This document shows, in pieces, positions 1-10,233 of a stretch of 64,000 nt of DNA (its first letter is position 1; every line of letters starts with the position of its first letter). This stretch comes from Phycisphaerales bacterium (lineage in GTDB: Bacteria > Planctomycetota > Phycisphaerae > Phycisphaerales > UBA1924), in assembly GCA_965227775.1 (NCBI GenBank), contig OZ245777.1, forward strand, positions 3,072,001 through 3,136,000. Reading direction: 5' to 3'. The notes under the pieces are model-generated. The model saw only the letters and a program-made list of their open reading frames with translations, made no database searches and was not told the DNA's origin. The translations under genes and the position numbers were made by a program.

Positions 1-37
1 GCTCGTGTTCATACAACCCCCTCCCCTACCATCCCCC

Positions 38-538
38 ATGGCCAAGAAGCCGCGCAAGCCCAGGCCCGTCATGATCGAGAACCGCAAGGCGCGGCACGAG
101 TATGACATCCTCGACACGCTCGAGGTCGGCATCCGCCTGACCGGCAGCGAGGTCAAGAGCGTGCGCGATGGCAAGGTGTCGCTAGGCGAGGGCTACGTGC
201 GGGCCCAGCTCACGCCACTGGCACTTGAGCTGCACTCGGTGAACATCGCCGAATATCCACCCGCGCAGGGACACCAGCACATACCGACCCGCGTGCGCAC
301 CCTGCTGGCCCACAAGCGCGAGATCACCAAGCTGGCCAAGGCCAGCGACGAGAAGGGCATCACCCTCATCCCCCTGCGGCTCTACTTCCAGGGCCCCTAC
401 GCCAAGCTCGAGATCGCCCTCGCACGAGGTCGTGGAAAGGTCGACAAGCGCCACGCCATCGCCGACCGCGAGATGAAACGCGAGCTCGAGCGTTCGATGA
501 AGAGCCGGCTGAAGGGCGGGGCGGGAGCGGTCGGCTAG
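38..538 (+). CDS. smpB: SsrA-binding protein SmpB
   Basis: IENRKARHEY, GIRLTGSEVKSVR, LARG..KVDKR motifs; ATG at 38. Confidence 0.97.
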   Translation: MAKKPRKPRPVMIENRKARHEYDILDTLEVGIRLTGSEVKSVRDGKVSLGEGYVRAQLTPLALELHSVNIAEYPPAQGHQHIPTRVRTLLAHKREITKLAKASDEKGITLIPLRLYFQGPYAKLEIALARGRGKVDKRHAIADREMKRELERSMKSRLKGGAGAVG

Positions 539-1164
539 AACTCCGCGGCCGACAGCCACTCGCTTGGGAGCGCTTCGAGCGCCTGGGCGATCATGAGCAG
601 GCTCTCGAGGCTCGGCAGGTGGGCGCCGCGCTCGATGCTGCTGAGCTGGCTGACGCTGACGCCCGAGGCCTCGCTCAGGTCCTTGAGCGTCCAGTCCTTA
701 GCCGAACGCGCGAGTCGGATCTGCCGGCCGAGCGCGGCGCGGAGCTTGTCCTGTGGCCTGACGCCCAGCGAGTACTCGGCGGCCGCCTGGCCCAGCACGC
801 GCGAGAGCTCGGCGGGCTCGAAGGGCTTGGTGACGTAGTCGAACACCTGCTTCTTGAAGGTCTGCCGCATCGAGTCCATCGTCGGGTGGCCGGTGATGAC
901 GATGACGCACAGTCGCTCCCACCGCCGGCGGATCTCGGCGAGCACGTCCTCGCCGCGGTCCTTGCCCATGTTGATGTCCAGCAGCACGACCTCGGGCAGC
1001 TGCGCCTCGCACGCGTCGTAGAGCGCTGCGGGCGTGCCGACCACGCGTATCTCGTGCCCGCCCTCTGCCAGCAGCGTCTCGAGGTACTCGCGGAAGTCGG
1101 CGTCGTCATCAAGCGCGACGATGCTGAGGCTGGGCACGACGTCCTGCTCGATCTGGCTGACCAT
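535..1164 (-). CDS. Response regulator receiver domain fused to C-terminal XRE-type HTH
   Basis: ALDDD, LLDINM, ITG, YVTKPF receiver motifs; WTLKDLSEASGVSVSQLSSIERG HTH; start taken at ATG 1164 (TATCCT box upstream). Confidence 0.85.
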   Translation of the reverse strand: MVSQIEQDVVPSLSIVALDDDADFREYLETLLAEGGHEIRVVGTPAALYDACEAQLPEVVLLDINMGKDRGEDVLAEIRRRWERLCVIVITGHPTMDSMRQTFKKQVFDYVTKPFEPAELSRVLGQAAAEYSLGVRPQDKLRAALGRQIRLARSAKDWTLKDLSEASGVSVSQLSSIERGAHLPSLESLLMIAQALEALPSEWLSAAEF

Positions 1165-1205
1165 GCCCAGAGGATAGGACAACGGGTAGAACGAGAGGCC
1201 GTTTG

Positions 1206-3689
1206 TTAACGCCACGCGCTCTGGGACGCATCGACCGACCAGTCCGGTCCGAAGAAGCCCGCGCCGATCACCCCGGCAAGGCCGCCATCGGGTCCGGCTT
1301 GCAGCACATCGGGCGTCATAAGCAGCCAATCGGGATAGCCCACGCCCGAGATGAAGTATTGGGACTCGTCGGCGAGTCGCCTCCCACTCGGCCCCGTACC
1401 AGCAACGACGCCTACGAGCGCCGTGTCGGTTCCGGCACGCGGATACGCGAAGAACGCCGCGACGTCGTTGCGCTCGATCGTGCGATCCCCCACTGTCGCC
1501 TCGCCGCGGCCGATGCGCACGGGTGCATCGCCGAGCAGTTGGTCCCACAGTCCGTGCGAGTCGGCACAGCCATAAAGGATCACGTTTCGCTGCGCATTGG
1601 CTTCGTCCTGCGGATCGAAGGCCGTGTCGGGCACGACGTCGACCGAGCCGTTCGCCCGGTACTGCCACGTGTCGGCGTCGTAGCGGGCCTTGGCCATGGC
1701 CCAGGCGTTCTCTTCCTCGGTACCGCCCGTGGCGTAGACGAATGCCATGTGGTTCTGGAAGGCGTGCTTGAACGGACCCGCGCGGTGGGCGCCTTTGAGA
1801 CCGGGGTCGAACGCCGAGACCGGGCGCCACGGGGCATCGAGCGTCTCGCGTTCGAAGCTCGTGGCAGTGGCGTCATCGAGCGAGAGTGTTTGTCCGTCGA
1901 TCGTCATCGCCGATGGCGGCTGGTCGGCGAAGGCCGCGGGCGTCAGCATCAGGGCGAGTACGTTCTTGGTGGTGACCTCTGCGGGCGAGTCCGCTGTCGC
2001 GCGCAAAATCTCGACTCTGCTCGGCACCATCGCATTCGCCTGCCGATGGATCGTGAATAGGCGCGCCTCGCTGCTGATGGCCGGGTTGATGGTGGTGAAG
2101 CTCTCCTGCGCCGGCGTCGGTTCGATGCTTCGATCTTCGAAGAACCGCATCATCGGCGGCCAATCGACGCACTGGTTGCCCCACCAGTGCCCGGCACCGG
2201 GCTGCTCGTAGTACGCAAAGTCGGGGTGGAACGCGCCCAGCCGCTCGCGCATGAAGCGGGCCTGGCTCACGGGCACGTTGTTGTCGGCGTCGCCGTGGAG
2301 GACGTAGACGCCCAGGTCTCGGTAGTTCTCTTCGAGCAGCAGCGTGCGGCTTGCATTGTTGGCGGTGTTGAGAATCTGGCCGATCGGGTCGGACTCGTCG
2401 AACTGGCCGGCGCCTCCGTAGCTCCAGAAGTCTCGCCAGCCCGCACTCGGCCCGATCGCCGCAAACTTCGGCGCAAAGTGGGCCCCTACCTGCCACGTGC
2501 CGTGCCCGCCCATGGAGTGGCCCGTAAGGTACGTCCGCTCGGCGCTCTCGTGTCCGTACGCATCGCTCGCGTGCGCGAGCACCTCCATCGCATCGAGCCG
2601 GCCCCAGTCTTCCCAGTCGAAACCGAACGGACGACGGTTCGTCGGGGCGACGACGATCGCCCAGTCTTTGTGGTCGTATGCGTTCGCCTGCCGGCGGGCC
2701 TCAACGCTTGCGCCGTGCAGGGTCAGGATGAGCGACTCGGGCGATGCGCCTTCGGTCGGAGGCGTGACGGCGTAGTACTGGACGCTGCCGTCGATGTCGC
2801 TGATAAAGGTCCGGCTGTGCTTGTCGGACTGTGCTCGCCGGGCAAGACTGAATACGCGCACTTCCGTTCCGCTCTGATCCAGGCCCTCCGCCACCACTTG
2901 AGCACGTATCAACTGCTCGCCATCACCACCGCCGGAGTCTGGCAACGACGTGACCCCAATCTTGCGCACGCCCAGCGGCGGCACCCCGCCCAGCCCGAGC
3001 GTCAGTGCCCGAGTCTGACGACCGCCTTCGAGTTCCGATTTGCCGCGCACACCCAACAATTGGTTTGTGGTCGCGTTCGCCGCCGGAGCCGCAAGGTAAA
3101 GTGACGCGTCGATACCCGCAATCGCATGGGGCAGCGTGTGGTCTGTGTCCAGCCACATCAGATCTGCCTCGGGCCGGCGCAGCTCAACGCGCATCCGCCC
3201 GCGCCCACCCTTGAACAGCAACTCGTTGTCACCCTCACGTAGCTCGATCGGCAAAGCCGTGATGCCCAGGTTGTAGACGTCGCCCCCACGCCGCTCGCCG
3301 TTGACGATGACGTGCCGATGACCGCGGGCGTGCAGCATGGCGATCGTCCGCTCGCTCGAGCGAATGCGCACGAACGCGTGTCCGCCCGCAAGGCCGCGGT
3401 TATTGAACGTGCCTTCTTCATTGCTCGCGATGACCCGCCACGTGGCCGCATTGCCCTGGGAATCTTCCACCGCATCACCGGCCTCGGGCGCCGACCAGGA
3501 GCCGCGAACGAGTTGCAACTCCACCGGATCGCTCACGATCAGGCTGCGCCCGCCGCGCGAGAGACGGTCCAGCACGAGGATCTCCCGCACGACCACCGAC
3601 TCGGCATCGGACGACCACTGCGTGACCGCCTGCGCGAATGTGGGCATGCAGCTGACGATGAAAGCAAGAATTGCGACGATGGCTCGCAT
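1206..3689 (-). CDS. Secreted alpha/beta hydrolase (S9/prolyl oligopeptidase-like or esterase)
   Basis: Signal peptide; LHGAS, GHSMGG nucleophile elbow, HGDADNNV, GHWW; GGAGG RBS. Confidence 0.8.
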   Translation of the reverse strand: MRAIVAILAFIVSCMPTFAQAVTQWSSDAESVVVREILVLDRLSRGGRSLIVSDPVELQLVRGSWSAPEAGDAVEDSQGNAATWRVIASNEEGTFNNRGLAGGHAFVRIRSSERTIAMLHARGHRHVIVNGERRGGDVYNLGITALPIELREGDNELLFKGGRGRMRVELRRPEADLMWLDTDHTLPHAIAGIDASLYLAAPAANATTNQLLGVRGKSELEGGRQTRALTLGLGGVPPLGVRKIGVTSLPDSGGGDGEQLIRAQVVAEGLDQSGTEVRVFSLARRAQSDKHSRTFISDIDGSVQYYAVTPPTEGASPESLILTLHGASVEARRQANAYDHKDWAIVVAPTNRRPFGFDWEDWGRLDAMEVLAHASDAYGHESAERTYLTGHSMGGHGTWQVGAHFAPKFAAIGPSAGWRDFWSYGGAGQFDESDPIGQILNTANNASRTLLLEENYRDLGVYVLHGDADNNVPVSQARFMRERLGAFHPDFAYYEQPGAGHWWGNQCVDWPPMMRFFEDRSIEPTPAQESFTTINPAISSEARLFTIHRQANAMVPSRVEILRATADSPAEVTTKNVLALMLTPAAFADQPPSAMTIDGQTLSLDDATATSFERETLDAPWRPVSAFDPGLKGAHRAGPFKHAFQNHMAFVYATGGTEEENAWAMAKARYDADTWQYRANGSVDVVPDTAFDPQDEANAQRNVILYGCADSHGLWDQLLGDAPVRIGRGEATVGDRTIERNDVAAFFAYPRAGTDTALVGVVAGTGPSGRRLADESQYFISGVGYPDWLLMTPDVLQAGPDGGLAGVIGAGFFGPDWSVDASQSAWR

Positions 3690-3721
3690 GGGCACCTCCG
3701 TGCCCCAGCGTATGGCTCGCC

Positions 3722-5017
3722 TCAGGCCAACGTATCGCCCAGCAGGGCTTCAGCGCACCGCTTGCCACTGGAGAGCGCCCCGTCGATCGAGGGATTCTCC
3801 AGCCAATCACCACAGGCGAAGAGACCATGGCCGACTTGTGCGGGCCACCTGGGCGTCTCCGCTCGCACCGTGCTCTGATCCGGGAGTGCTCGCTGGATGC
3901 GATCAACATGAATCATGCTCGCGCCGTCCATCGCGTCGCCGAACCACTTGCGGAGTTGGGGACGGCACGCGGCATCGAGCGCCGCCTCATCGCGATGCGC
4001 TGCGAGTACCGCAGGATCTACGATGTTCGCGTAGACCAGATGCTTGCCCTCTGGCGCATACTCGGGAACGACAGCGCTCATGGTGGCAAGGTGGTTGATC
4101 GGTCCTTCGCCTTCGCCATCGAGCACGAGGATTGGATCCTTCGTTGGGGGCTCGTCAACCGAATATGAGATCGTCGCGGTCGACCTCCATTGCACCCGCG
4201 GCGCTGCGAGCTCGGCATGCGGTTCCAGGAGCTCCGCAGACGCATCGCCTTCAGCAGCGATAACGACGGACCTGGCCCTCACACGATCACCGCCCGCATG
4301 CACGACCCAGGCGTCGCCCTCGCGCTCCAGGCGTTCGGCCTTGACACCAGTGCGAACCACGCCCGCGGGCAAGCCAGCCTCAATCTGCGCTGGCAATTGG
4401 CCCATGCCCTTCGCCGGCACGCACGTGCGCCCCTGGGCAAACATACGAAACACGAAGTCGAGCATGCGGCTCGAAGTCTCCAGCGACGGATCGAAGAAAA
4501 CCCCGCCAAAAAAAGGTCGGAAGAAGCGGTCGATGGTCGTGTCCGCAAAGCCCGCCTCACGCAGCGCATCGATCGAGCTGCGATTCGGTCCCGCCCAGAC
4601 TCTCTCAACCGGACCAGCGAGGTTCTTGAGCGAGTATTCGGCAAGTCGGAGTTTGTCGCGCATGGTCGCAATGGGAGTTCGGAAGCCACGCAGTGCATCG
4701 CCGGGCTTGCGCCGCGGATCGGCAACGCGGTGCATCGATCCATCATGAAACACCAGTGCACCGGGATAGAAAGACCGAAGATCGAGCGCCTCGTAGTCGA
4801 ACACCTCGGCCGCATTTGGATACGCGGTCAGCAACACCTGGAATCCACGGTCGATCAGGTACGTACCATCAGGCGTAGCGATGCGTTCGGTGCGCACACG
4901 GCCGCCGCATCTGTCCGAGGCTTCCAGCAGCACGCAATCCCGCCCGGCGGCGCGCAGCACACGGGCGCAATTCAGGCCGGCCAGGCCACCGCCAATGATC
5001 AACACATCCGTACTCAT
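3722..5017 (-). CDS. FAD-dependent oxidoreductase (amine oxidase/protoporphyrinogen oxidase-like)
   Basis: IIGGGLAGL, EASDRCGGR, DRGFQVLLTAYP, CGDW..SIDGALSSG. Confidence 0.88.
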   Translation of the reverse strand: MSTDVLIIGGGLAGLNCARVLRAAGRDCVLLEASDRCGGRVRTERIATPDGTYLIDRGFQVLLTAYPNAAEVFDYEALDLRSFYPGALVFHDGSMHRVADPRRKPGDALRGFRTPIATMRDKLRLAEYSLKNLAGPVERVWAGPNRSSIDALREAGFADTTIDRFFRPFFGGVFFDPSLETSSRMLDFVFRMFAQGRTCVPAKGMGQLPAQIEAGLPAGVVRTGVKAERLEREGDAWVVHAGGDRVRARSVVIAAEGDASAELLEPHAELAAPRVQWRSTATISYSVDEPPTKDPILVLDGEGEGPINHLATMSAVVPEYAPEGKHLVYANIVDPAVLAAHRDEAALDAACRPQLRKWFGDAMDGASMIHVDRIQRALPDQSTVRAETPRWPAQVGHGLFACGDWLENPSIDGALSSGKRCAEALLGDTLA

Positions 5018-5050
5018 ATCGCCCCTCGAGACACAGGAGTCGGCCGCGCC

Positions 5051-5503
5051 GTGCGAGTAATCGTCCAACGCGTTTGCGAAGCCAGCGTCAAGCTCCCCGG
5101 AAGGGGCGATATTAGCGGCAGGATCGGCCCCGGCCTACTGGTGCTCGTGGGCCTGCAGCAAGGTGACGATGAGGCTGCGATCGATTGGATGGCGAACAAG
5201 CTCCTGACCTTGCGAATCTTCGCAGATGACCACGGCAAGATGAACCTCCCTGTCACCGAAGTGGAGGGTGCCGGGATCTTGCTCGTACCCAACTTCACCG
5301 TCGGTTGCGATGTGGGCAAAGGCCGACGCCCGAGCTTCGACCGCGCCCTGCCCCCGGATGCAGCCTGCAGCATGTTTGAGTTGTTCGCAGAGAAATTTGC
5401 AGGGAAACAGAGCGTCCAGCTCGGCGTGTTTGGTGCCCACATGCACGTTGTGTCTTGCAACGACGGGCCGGTCACGTTCGTCATCGAGTCGCCGGCGAGT
5501 TAG
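5051..5503 (+). CDS. dtd: D-aminoacyl-tRNA deacylase
   Basis: MRVIVQRV start (GTG), LRIFADDHGKMN, KGRRPSF, NDGPVT Gly-cisPro motif. Confidence 0.93.
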   Translation: MRVIVQRVCEASVKLPGRGDISGRIGPGLLVLVGLQQGDDEAAIDWMANKLLTLRIFADDHGKMNLPVTEVEGAGILLVPNFTVGCDVGKGRRPSFDRALPPDAACSMFELFAEKFAGKQSVQLGVFGAHMHVVSCNDGPVTFVIESPAS

Positions 5504-6002
5504 ATGACAGGCCCGCAAAGAGCGACAGCATCGCTCGCCACTCCATGTATCGATATGGCACGTCTGCGGCCTCATGGAGGGTCTTGACCATTCCGTGCGC
5601 TCGCTCGGTGAGGGCCTCTTGCCACCCTTCCGCGCGAGGATCGCAGAAGTACGTTCGACAGCCCACGGGCTTGATGACGTGGACGCCGCACAGCTTCCCA
5701 AACTGGAACGGACACCCACCCCGACTCTGCGCTCGGGCCACTGCGTCTTCGGAGAATTCAGGATGCTCGGGGGCAAGTTGCGACACGCACCACGCCGCCT
5801 CGAGACCGGTGACGTAGAGCCGATGACCGTAGGACTCGAAGTTGCAGCATCGCCCCGACGCGACGCACGTTGGCGCCAACGCCGCGACCTGGTCGGCAAT
5901 CATCCCGTAGATCGCCTCGAGGCGCTGACCCACCTCCGGCCGCGCCGCGGCGGCCAGCCACGCCCGGGCATCATCATGGTCTTGTGCGTCGAACGCGCAC
6001 AT
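5481..6002 (-). CDS. YkgJ-like cysteine-cluster protein
   Basis: CxxxGxCC, GCPF, CGVHxxKPxGCRTYFC; TGATG overlap with upstream gene. Confidence 0.75.
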   Translation of the reverse strand: MCAFDAQDHDDARAWLAAAARPEVGQRLEAIYGMIADQVAALAPTCVASGRCCNFESYGHRLYVTGLEAAWCVSQLAPEHPEFSEDAVARAQSRGGCPFQFGKLCGVHVIKPVGCRTYFCDPRAEGWQEALTERAHGMVKTLHEAADVPYRYMEWRAMLSLFAGLSSNSPATR

Positions 6003-6493
6003 CAGATAGGGCTCGAATCGCGCGTCAAACGAACCTTGCGCGCGGATCGAAGCGGCCCGGTGTTCATGCCGGGACATGTGCTGGCCGCACGATCCCATGC
6101 CCGCTCATCGATGAGATTGCGCTTCCAGAACGGCCAAGTTCGGCATTGCTTCGGCCGATCCTCGTACACGCCGCACACGGCGCGTCCGGGCACCGTTGTT
6201 CGATCCAGGAAGATGCAATCGTGCCCAAACGCCGTCAGCCGCTCGGTCAAGGTCACACCCCCATCAATCGGCCGCGTGTATTGGTCTACGAAGGCCTCTA
6301 CGCTCATATCCAAGCGAACCGCAAGCGCCGCTTGCTCTTCATCATCGAGCATGACGGTGCCCGGCGGACCCGTACAGCAGTTGCCGCACATGGTGCACGC
6401 GAACCGCAAACCGCTTTCTGAGGTACGGGTTCCGTCGCGAGAAGCCGGGCCGAACGGCGATGCTTCGAACCAGTCTCTCTGGCAGCGGCTCAT
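6002..6493 (-). CDS. YkgJ family cysteine-cluster (Fe-S/Zn) protein
   Basis: GLRFACTMCGNCC, DCIFL, CGVYEDRPKQCRTWPFW, CPGM. Confidence 0.88.
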   Translation of the reverse strand: MSRCQRDWFEASPFGPASRDGTRTSESGLRFACTMCGNCCTGPPGTVMLDDEEQAALAVRLDMSVEAFVDQYTRPIDGGVTLTERLTAFGHDCIFLDRTTVPGRAVCGVYEDRPKQCRTWPFWKRNLIDERAWDRAASTCPGMNTGPLRSARKVRLTRDSSPI

Positions 6494-7854
6494 GCCAGCA
6501 CGCCGGCGGCGCTCTCAAACGTTGCCTTCGGCTGCTCGCGTACGGGCGTGTACCTGAGAGCGACGATGGTCTGATCGTCGTCGCGCGTCCGAGATTGCGT
6601 GTGCTCGTACACCGCACCGTGTACCGAATCGACCACGCAAGAGGGCTGCCCGGAGCAGCTCTCCAGCGACGTATCGAGCCCCTCGACGCCGAACATCTCG
6701 CGTTCGGCGTTAAACGACTCGGTGATGCCGTCGGTGTACAGCACGACAGTGTCGCCCTCTTCCAGCCTGATGGACGCGCTTGTCGCGCCGAGAGGCTCGA
6801 ACACGCCAAGGGGCAAGCTGCCGGCTTCTTCGAGCGCGAGCACCTTGCCGGTCGCGCCTCGCTTCCAGCGCGGCGGGTTGTGGCCCGCCCTGCTGAACTG
6901 GAATTCGCCGGTCGTCGCATCGAAGATTGCGAGGAACGCTGTTGTGAATGCGCCCTCGAGCCCGGCGGCCACGAGCCGACTGTTCGCGTGCTCGAGCACC
7001 AGGTGCGGGTGCATGCCGCTGCCCTCGTAGGCGTGCAGGATGGCGTGCAGCATGGCCATGACCGTGGCCGCCGCCGCGCCGTGGCCCGCGACGTCGGCGA
7101 TCAGGATGCCCCACCGACCATCCTCAAAGGGGAAGAAGTCGTAGTAGTCGCCACCCGCCTCATCGCTGGTGAGGTAGCTCGTCGCCAGGGTCAGGCCCGG
7201 GATGTCGGGCAGCGAACGCGGCAGAAGGCTCTGCTGCACCCTCGCCACTTCTTCGAACTGCCCGCGCAACCGCGTGGTCGCTTGCTCGGCTTCTCGCACC
7301 GCGACGAGGTTGCGTGTCGCGGTGCCGCTCAGGTTCGCCATCATGACGAACATCTCGAGCGTATCGTCGTCGAACGCGTCGGCGTCGCGTACGAATTGGA
7401 AGGACCAGTTCAACGGTTGGCCCCGATCGAAGATCGGTGTTGCCAGGAGCGAGCGCATGTCTTCTGCGGCGCCGCCGAGTGCCTGGTCGTCCTTCAGGCC
7501 TCCGGGCAACCGAACGATCGCGGGCTCGCCCGCCTCGATGATCGGACCGAGCAGGCCGCCCGTCCTCAGCGGCAGCTTCTTCCAATCGCGCCATGGGTCG
7601 AACTGTCGGTAGATCTTCTCGCCGCCGTCGTCCGAACTCGCAACGTCGGAGGTGTGGATTATCCTGGTGATCTTGTACTGACCCTGCTGGAGGCCTCGCG
7701 TCGACGCAGACACGTAGAGGTCGACCGGGCGCAGCTGCCACATCCGCCGGAACGCGAGTTGGATCTGCCCGGGCTCCTCGGCGCTGCTCACCTCTTCGAG
7801 CAGCTCGCGCACCAACGCCAGCCGGGCTTTCGGATCGGTCAGCAGGTAATCCAT
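6490..7854 (-). CDS. PP2C/SpoIIE-family phosphatase with N-terminal GAF-like region
   Basis: GGDYYD, ADVAGHG, AGHNPP, YTDGITE, DDQT. Confidence 0.88.
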   Translation of the reverse strand: MDYLLTDPKARLALVRELLEEVSSAEEPGQIQLAFRRMWQLRPVDLYVSASTRGLQQGQYKITRIIHTSDVASSDDGGEKIYRQFDPWRDWKKLPLRTGGLLGPIIEAGEPAIVRLPGGLKDDQALGGAAEDMRSLLATPIFDRGQPLNWSFQFVRDADAFDDDTLEMFVMMANLSGTATRNLVAVREAEQATTRLRGQFEEVARVQQSLLPRSLPDIPGLTLATSYLTSDEAGGDYYDFFPFEDGRWGILIADVAGHGAAAATVMAMLHAILHAYEGSGMHPHLVLEHANSRLVAAGLEGAFTTAFLAIFDATTGEFQFSRAGHNPPRWKRGATGKVLALEEAGSLPLGVFEPLGATSASIRLEEGDTVVLYTDGITESFNAEREMFGVEGLDTSLESCSGQPSCVVDSVHGAVYEHTQSRTRDDDQTIVALRYTPVREQPKATFESAAGVLA

Positions 7855-7938
7855 AGCTGATGATATGGATTCAACCGCAGCCCGACCTATTCCCAGCCTC
7901 GATCCACGGGAGTCTCCGCGAATCACTGGGGGTGGCGA

Positions 7939-10059
7939 TTACCGGGCCCGAACAGCCTTGGGCGAGCCGACGCGACGAGCATGGTGCCCGTTGCCCGACT
8001 CGTCCAGCACGTACGGGCCCATCGAGCGATCGAACGTGTACAACGCGAGCGTGTCGGCGTCCGCCTCCAAGCGTCGCTCCGGCCGGAAACGCTCGCCGGT
8101 GTAGCGAGCCGTGCCGGAAAGGCGGACCTCGTCGATCTGGCCGTCGAAGAAGCTCATTGGATTGCCCGCGCCATTCGGATCGGCCCCGATGATGAGCGGC
8201 AGGTCGTTGGTCCGCCGCTCCCAGGCTGGGTCGACACCCTCGGTCGAGACGAGCTGGCCATCGAGGTATACGCGCGTGGCGTTTCCGTCGTAGACGGCGG
8301 CCACGTGGTGCCAAGCATCGGTGCTCATCGCGTCGGTGATGCGGTTGTTGCGATAGCTGCCGCCCAGGTGGTTCGAGAACCCCAGCACGCCATCGCTCAC
8401 GAAGAAGCCGTACTCACTGCTCTGGGTCTTGGTCAGCAGTCCGCGCCGACCCGCGAAATCGTGTGCATTGAACCAGCACTCCAGCGTGAACGGCCCCTGG
8501 GCAACGCTCGCGACGTCCGTCGGCACCAGGATGGCATCGTCCTGGCCGTCGAAGTCGAGCGCCATGTTTGTCGCGGGCCGCTCGCCACCGAGCAAGCTCG
8601 TCAAATCGACCGGAGCTTCGACCTCGGTCGTCGGAATGGCGTATCGAGCCGTCTGACCCAGATAGTCGGCGTCGACCGCGAAGCGCAGGCTGTCGAGGTA
8701 GTCGTCCGCCGAGCCGCTGGGCCGGCCCACAAGAAAGCCGATCTCCTTCGACTCGCCCGGCTTGAGGACGGCGTGCACGTGGTCGGGTCGCACCTGCCAC
8801 CGGTTGTCGCGGCTGCTGGGGGTCACGGCGACCTCCAGCAGGCGGTCTGTCGTGTTCTCCACGGTCAGGGCGACCTCGCCGCGGGCGCCACCCTGGGCAC
8901 CGAACGCGACGACCCCGTCGACGCCCACACCACGCCTCGCCTGTCGGGCCAGGCTGTCGGCCATCTCACCGGTGATCTCGCGGACATTCATAGCCGCGCC
9001 CACCGGATACGCCGTCATCGCGATCTGCTCAGGACGCACCGTGATCAGGTGGTACTGGTGCAACCAGCCGGCCTGGGGCACTGGGTGGCCCTGCCCACCG
9101 CCAACGGTTGCCAGGGTCACGTACTCGATGCCGTCGTCACCCTGCGGACCGAAATCGTGGCGCATGCGGTGGATGTGGCCCGCGAACACGGCGCGCACGT
9201 TGCCAGCCTTGGCCAGCATCGGATGCACATTGTCATTCCAGTCGTCGCCGTAGCCGCCACCCAGCCAACGCGGATGGTGCACGAACACGAACTGGTGCGT
9301 CATGTCCTTCCCGCGTTGGAGTGCCTGCTCGAGGAAGTCCTTCTGCTGCGGGCTCATCTTCTGGCTCTCAGGCCGGCGGAAGTTCTTCTCGCCCGTCTGT
9401 GGATCACCCTCGTCGGTATAGAGCACGATGAAGTTGCTGTTCTTGTGGCTGAAGCTGTACCACAGCGGCCCGAAGTGCATCTCGTAGCTCTTCTCGTGCT
9501 CGCCCTCGGGCGCGTTCTCGCCACGCCAGTAGACGTCGTGGTTGCCCGCAACCGGGAACCACGGGCACAAGAGTCCGTTCATCACGGTCTTGTACTCACG
9601 CATCTCGACCATCCACTCCTGGGTCTGGTTGTACCCATCGATGAGGTCGCCGACGGTGAGCACGAGATCGGGCTCGATCAGGTTCACATCACGGACCGCG
9701 TCGGCCAGCACGTTGATGCCCAGGTCGGGCCCGCCGGTGCGATCACCGAAGACTGCGAACACGAACGCGTCGGTCTCGCCGGGCAAGGGGAGGGTGACCG
9801 ACGAGTCGCGCGTGGTGAAGAACCGCGTGCCATCGGGCGCCACGGTCGCGTGCTCACGGTTGTGCGTGTGCAGGTGCCGCTCGTGGAAGAGGAACGGGGT
9901 GTCCGTCTTGGCCTCGTAGCCCGGCTCCTGCACCCCGGGGTCGCGCACGCCATCGCTCGTCGTCGAGCCGCTCGACGCGCCATGCTGCGCAAGCACGGAT
10001 GCTGGAACGTACAGGGCCGCCGAGAGCAGCGTAAGGGCGATGGGGCGATGGGGTCGCAT
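7939..10059 (-). CDS. Secreted calcineurin-like metallophosphoesterase with C-terminal LamG/ConA-like domain
   Basis: FGD, TVGDL, GNHD, HHP, AGHIH motifs; FTLECWF, WHHVAAVYDG, FDGQIDEVRLS. Confidence 0.85.
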   Translation of the reverse strand: MRPHRPIALTLLSAALYVPASVLAQHGASSGSTTSDGVRDPGVQEPGYEAKTDTPFLFHERHLHTHNREHATVAPDGTRFFTTRDSSVTLPLPGETDAFVFAVFGDRTGGPDLGINVLADAVRDVNLIEPDLVLTVGDLIDGYNQTQEWMVEMREYKTVMNGLLCPWFPVAGNHDVYWRGENAPEGEHEKSYEMHFGPLWYSFSHKNSNFIVLYTDEGDPQTGEKNFRRPESQKMSPQQKDFLEQALQRGKDMTHQFVFVHHPRWLGGGYGDDWNDNVHPMLAKAGNVRAVFAGHIHRMRHDFGPQGDDGIEYVTLATVGGGQGHPVPQAGWLHQYHLITVRPEQIAMTAYPVGAAMNVREITGEMADSLARQARRGVGVDGVVAFGAQGGARGEVALTVENTTDRLLEVAVTPSSRDNRWQVRPDHVHAVLKPGESKEIGFLVGRPSGSADDYLDSLRFAVDADYLGQTARYAIPTTEVEAPVDLTSLLGGERPATNMALDFDGQDDAILVPTDVASVAQGPFTLECWFNAHDFAGRRGLLTKTQSSEYGFFVSDGVLGFSNHLGGSYRNNRITDAMSTDAWHHVAAVYDGNATRVYLDGQLVSTEGVDPAWERRTNDLPLIIGADPNGAGNPMSFFDGQIDEVRLSGTARYTGERFRPERRLEADADTLALYTFDRSMGPYVLDESGNGHHARRVGSPKAVRAR

Positions 10060-10233
10060 GGCAAGGCTCCGCAGGAGTTTGAGCAGTGGATTCAGGCCAG
10101 CCTACCGCGATCGCAGCAGCGCATCAGGGCTCGTTCGCACCGGCTACCCACACTTCGCGCGAGCCATACCCGATCTGAACACTGGGGCAGGAGCACGATG
10201 CCCACACCCCGAACAAGCTGCTAGCATGGAGCC

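Noticed and set aside
1165..1830. N-terminal extension of the 431-aa ORF 535..1830
   Set aside because: It overlaps the hydrolase gene in another frame and has low-complexity Arg-rich composition; the receiver domain starts at 1164.
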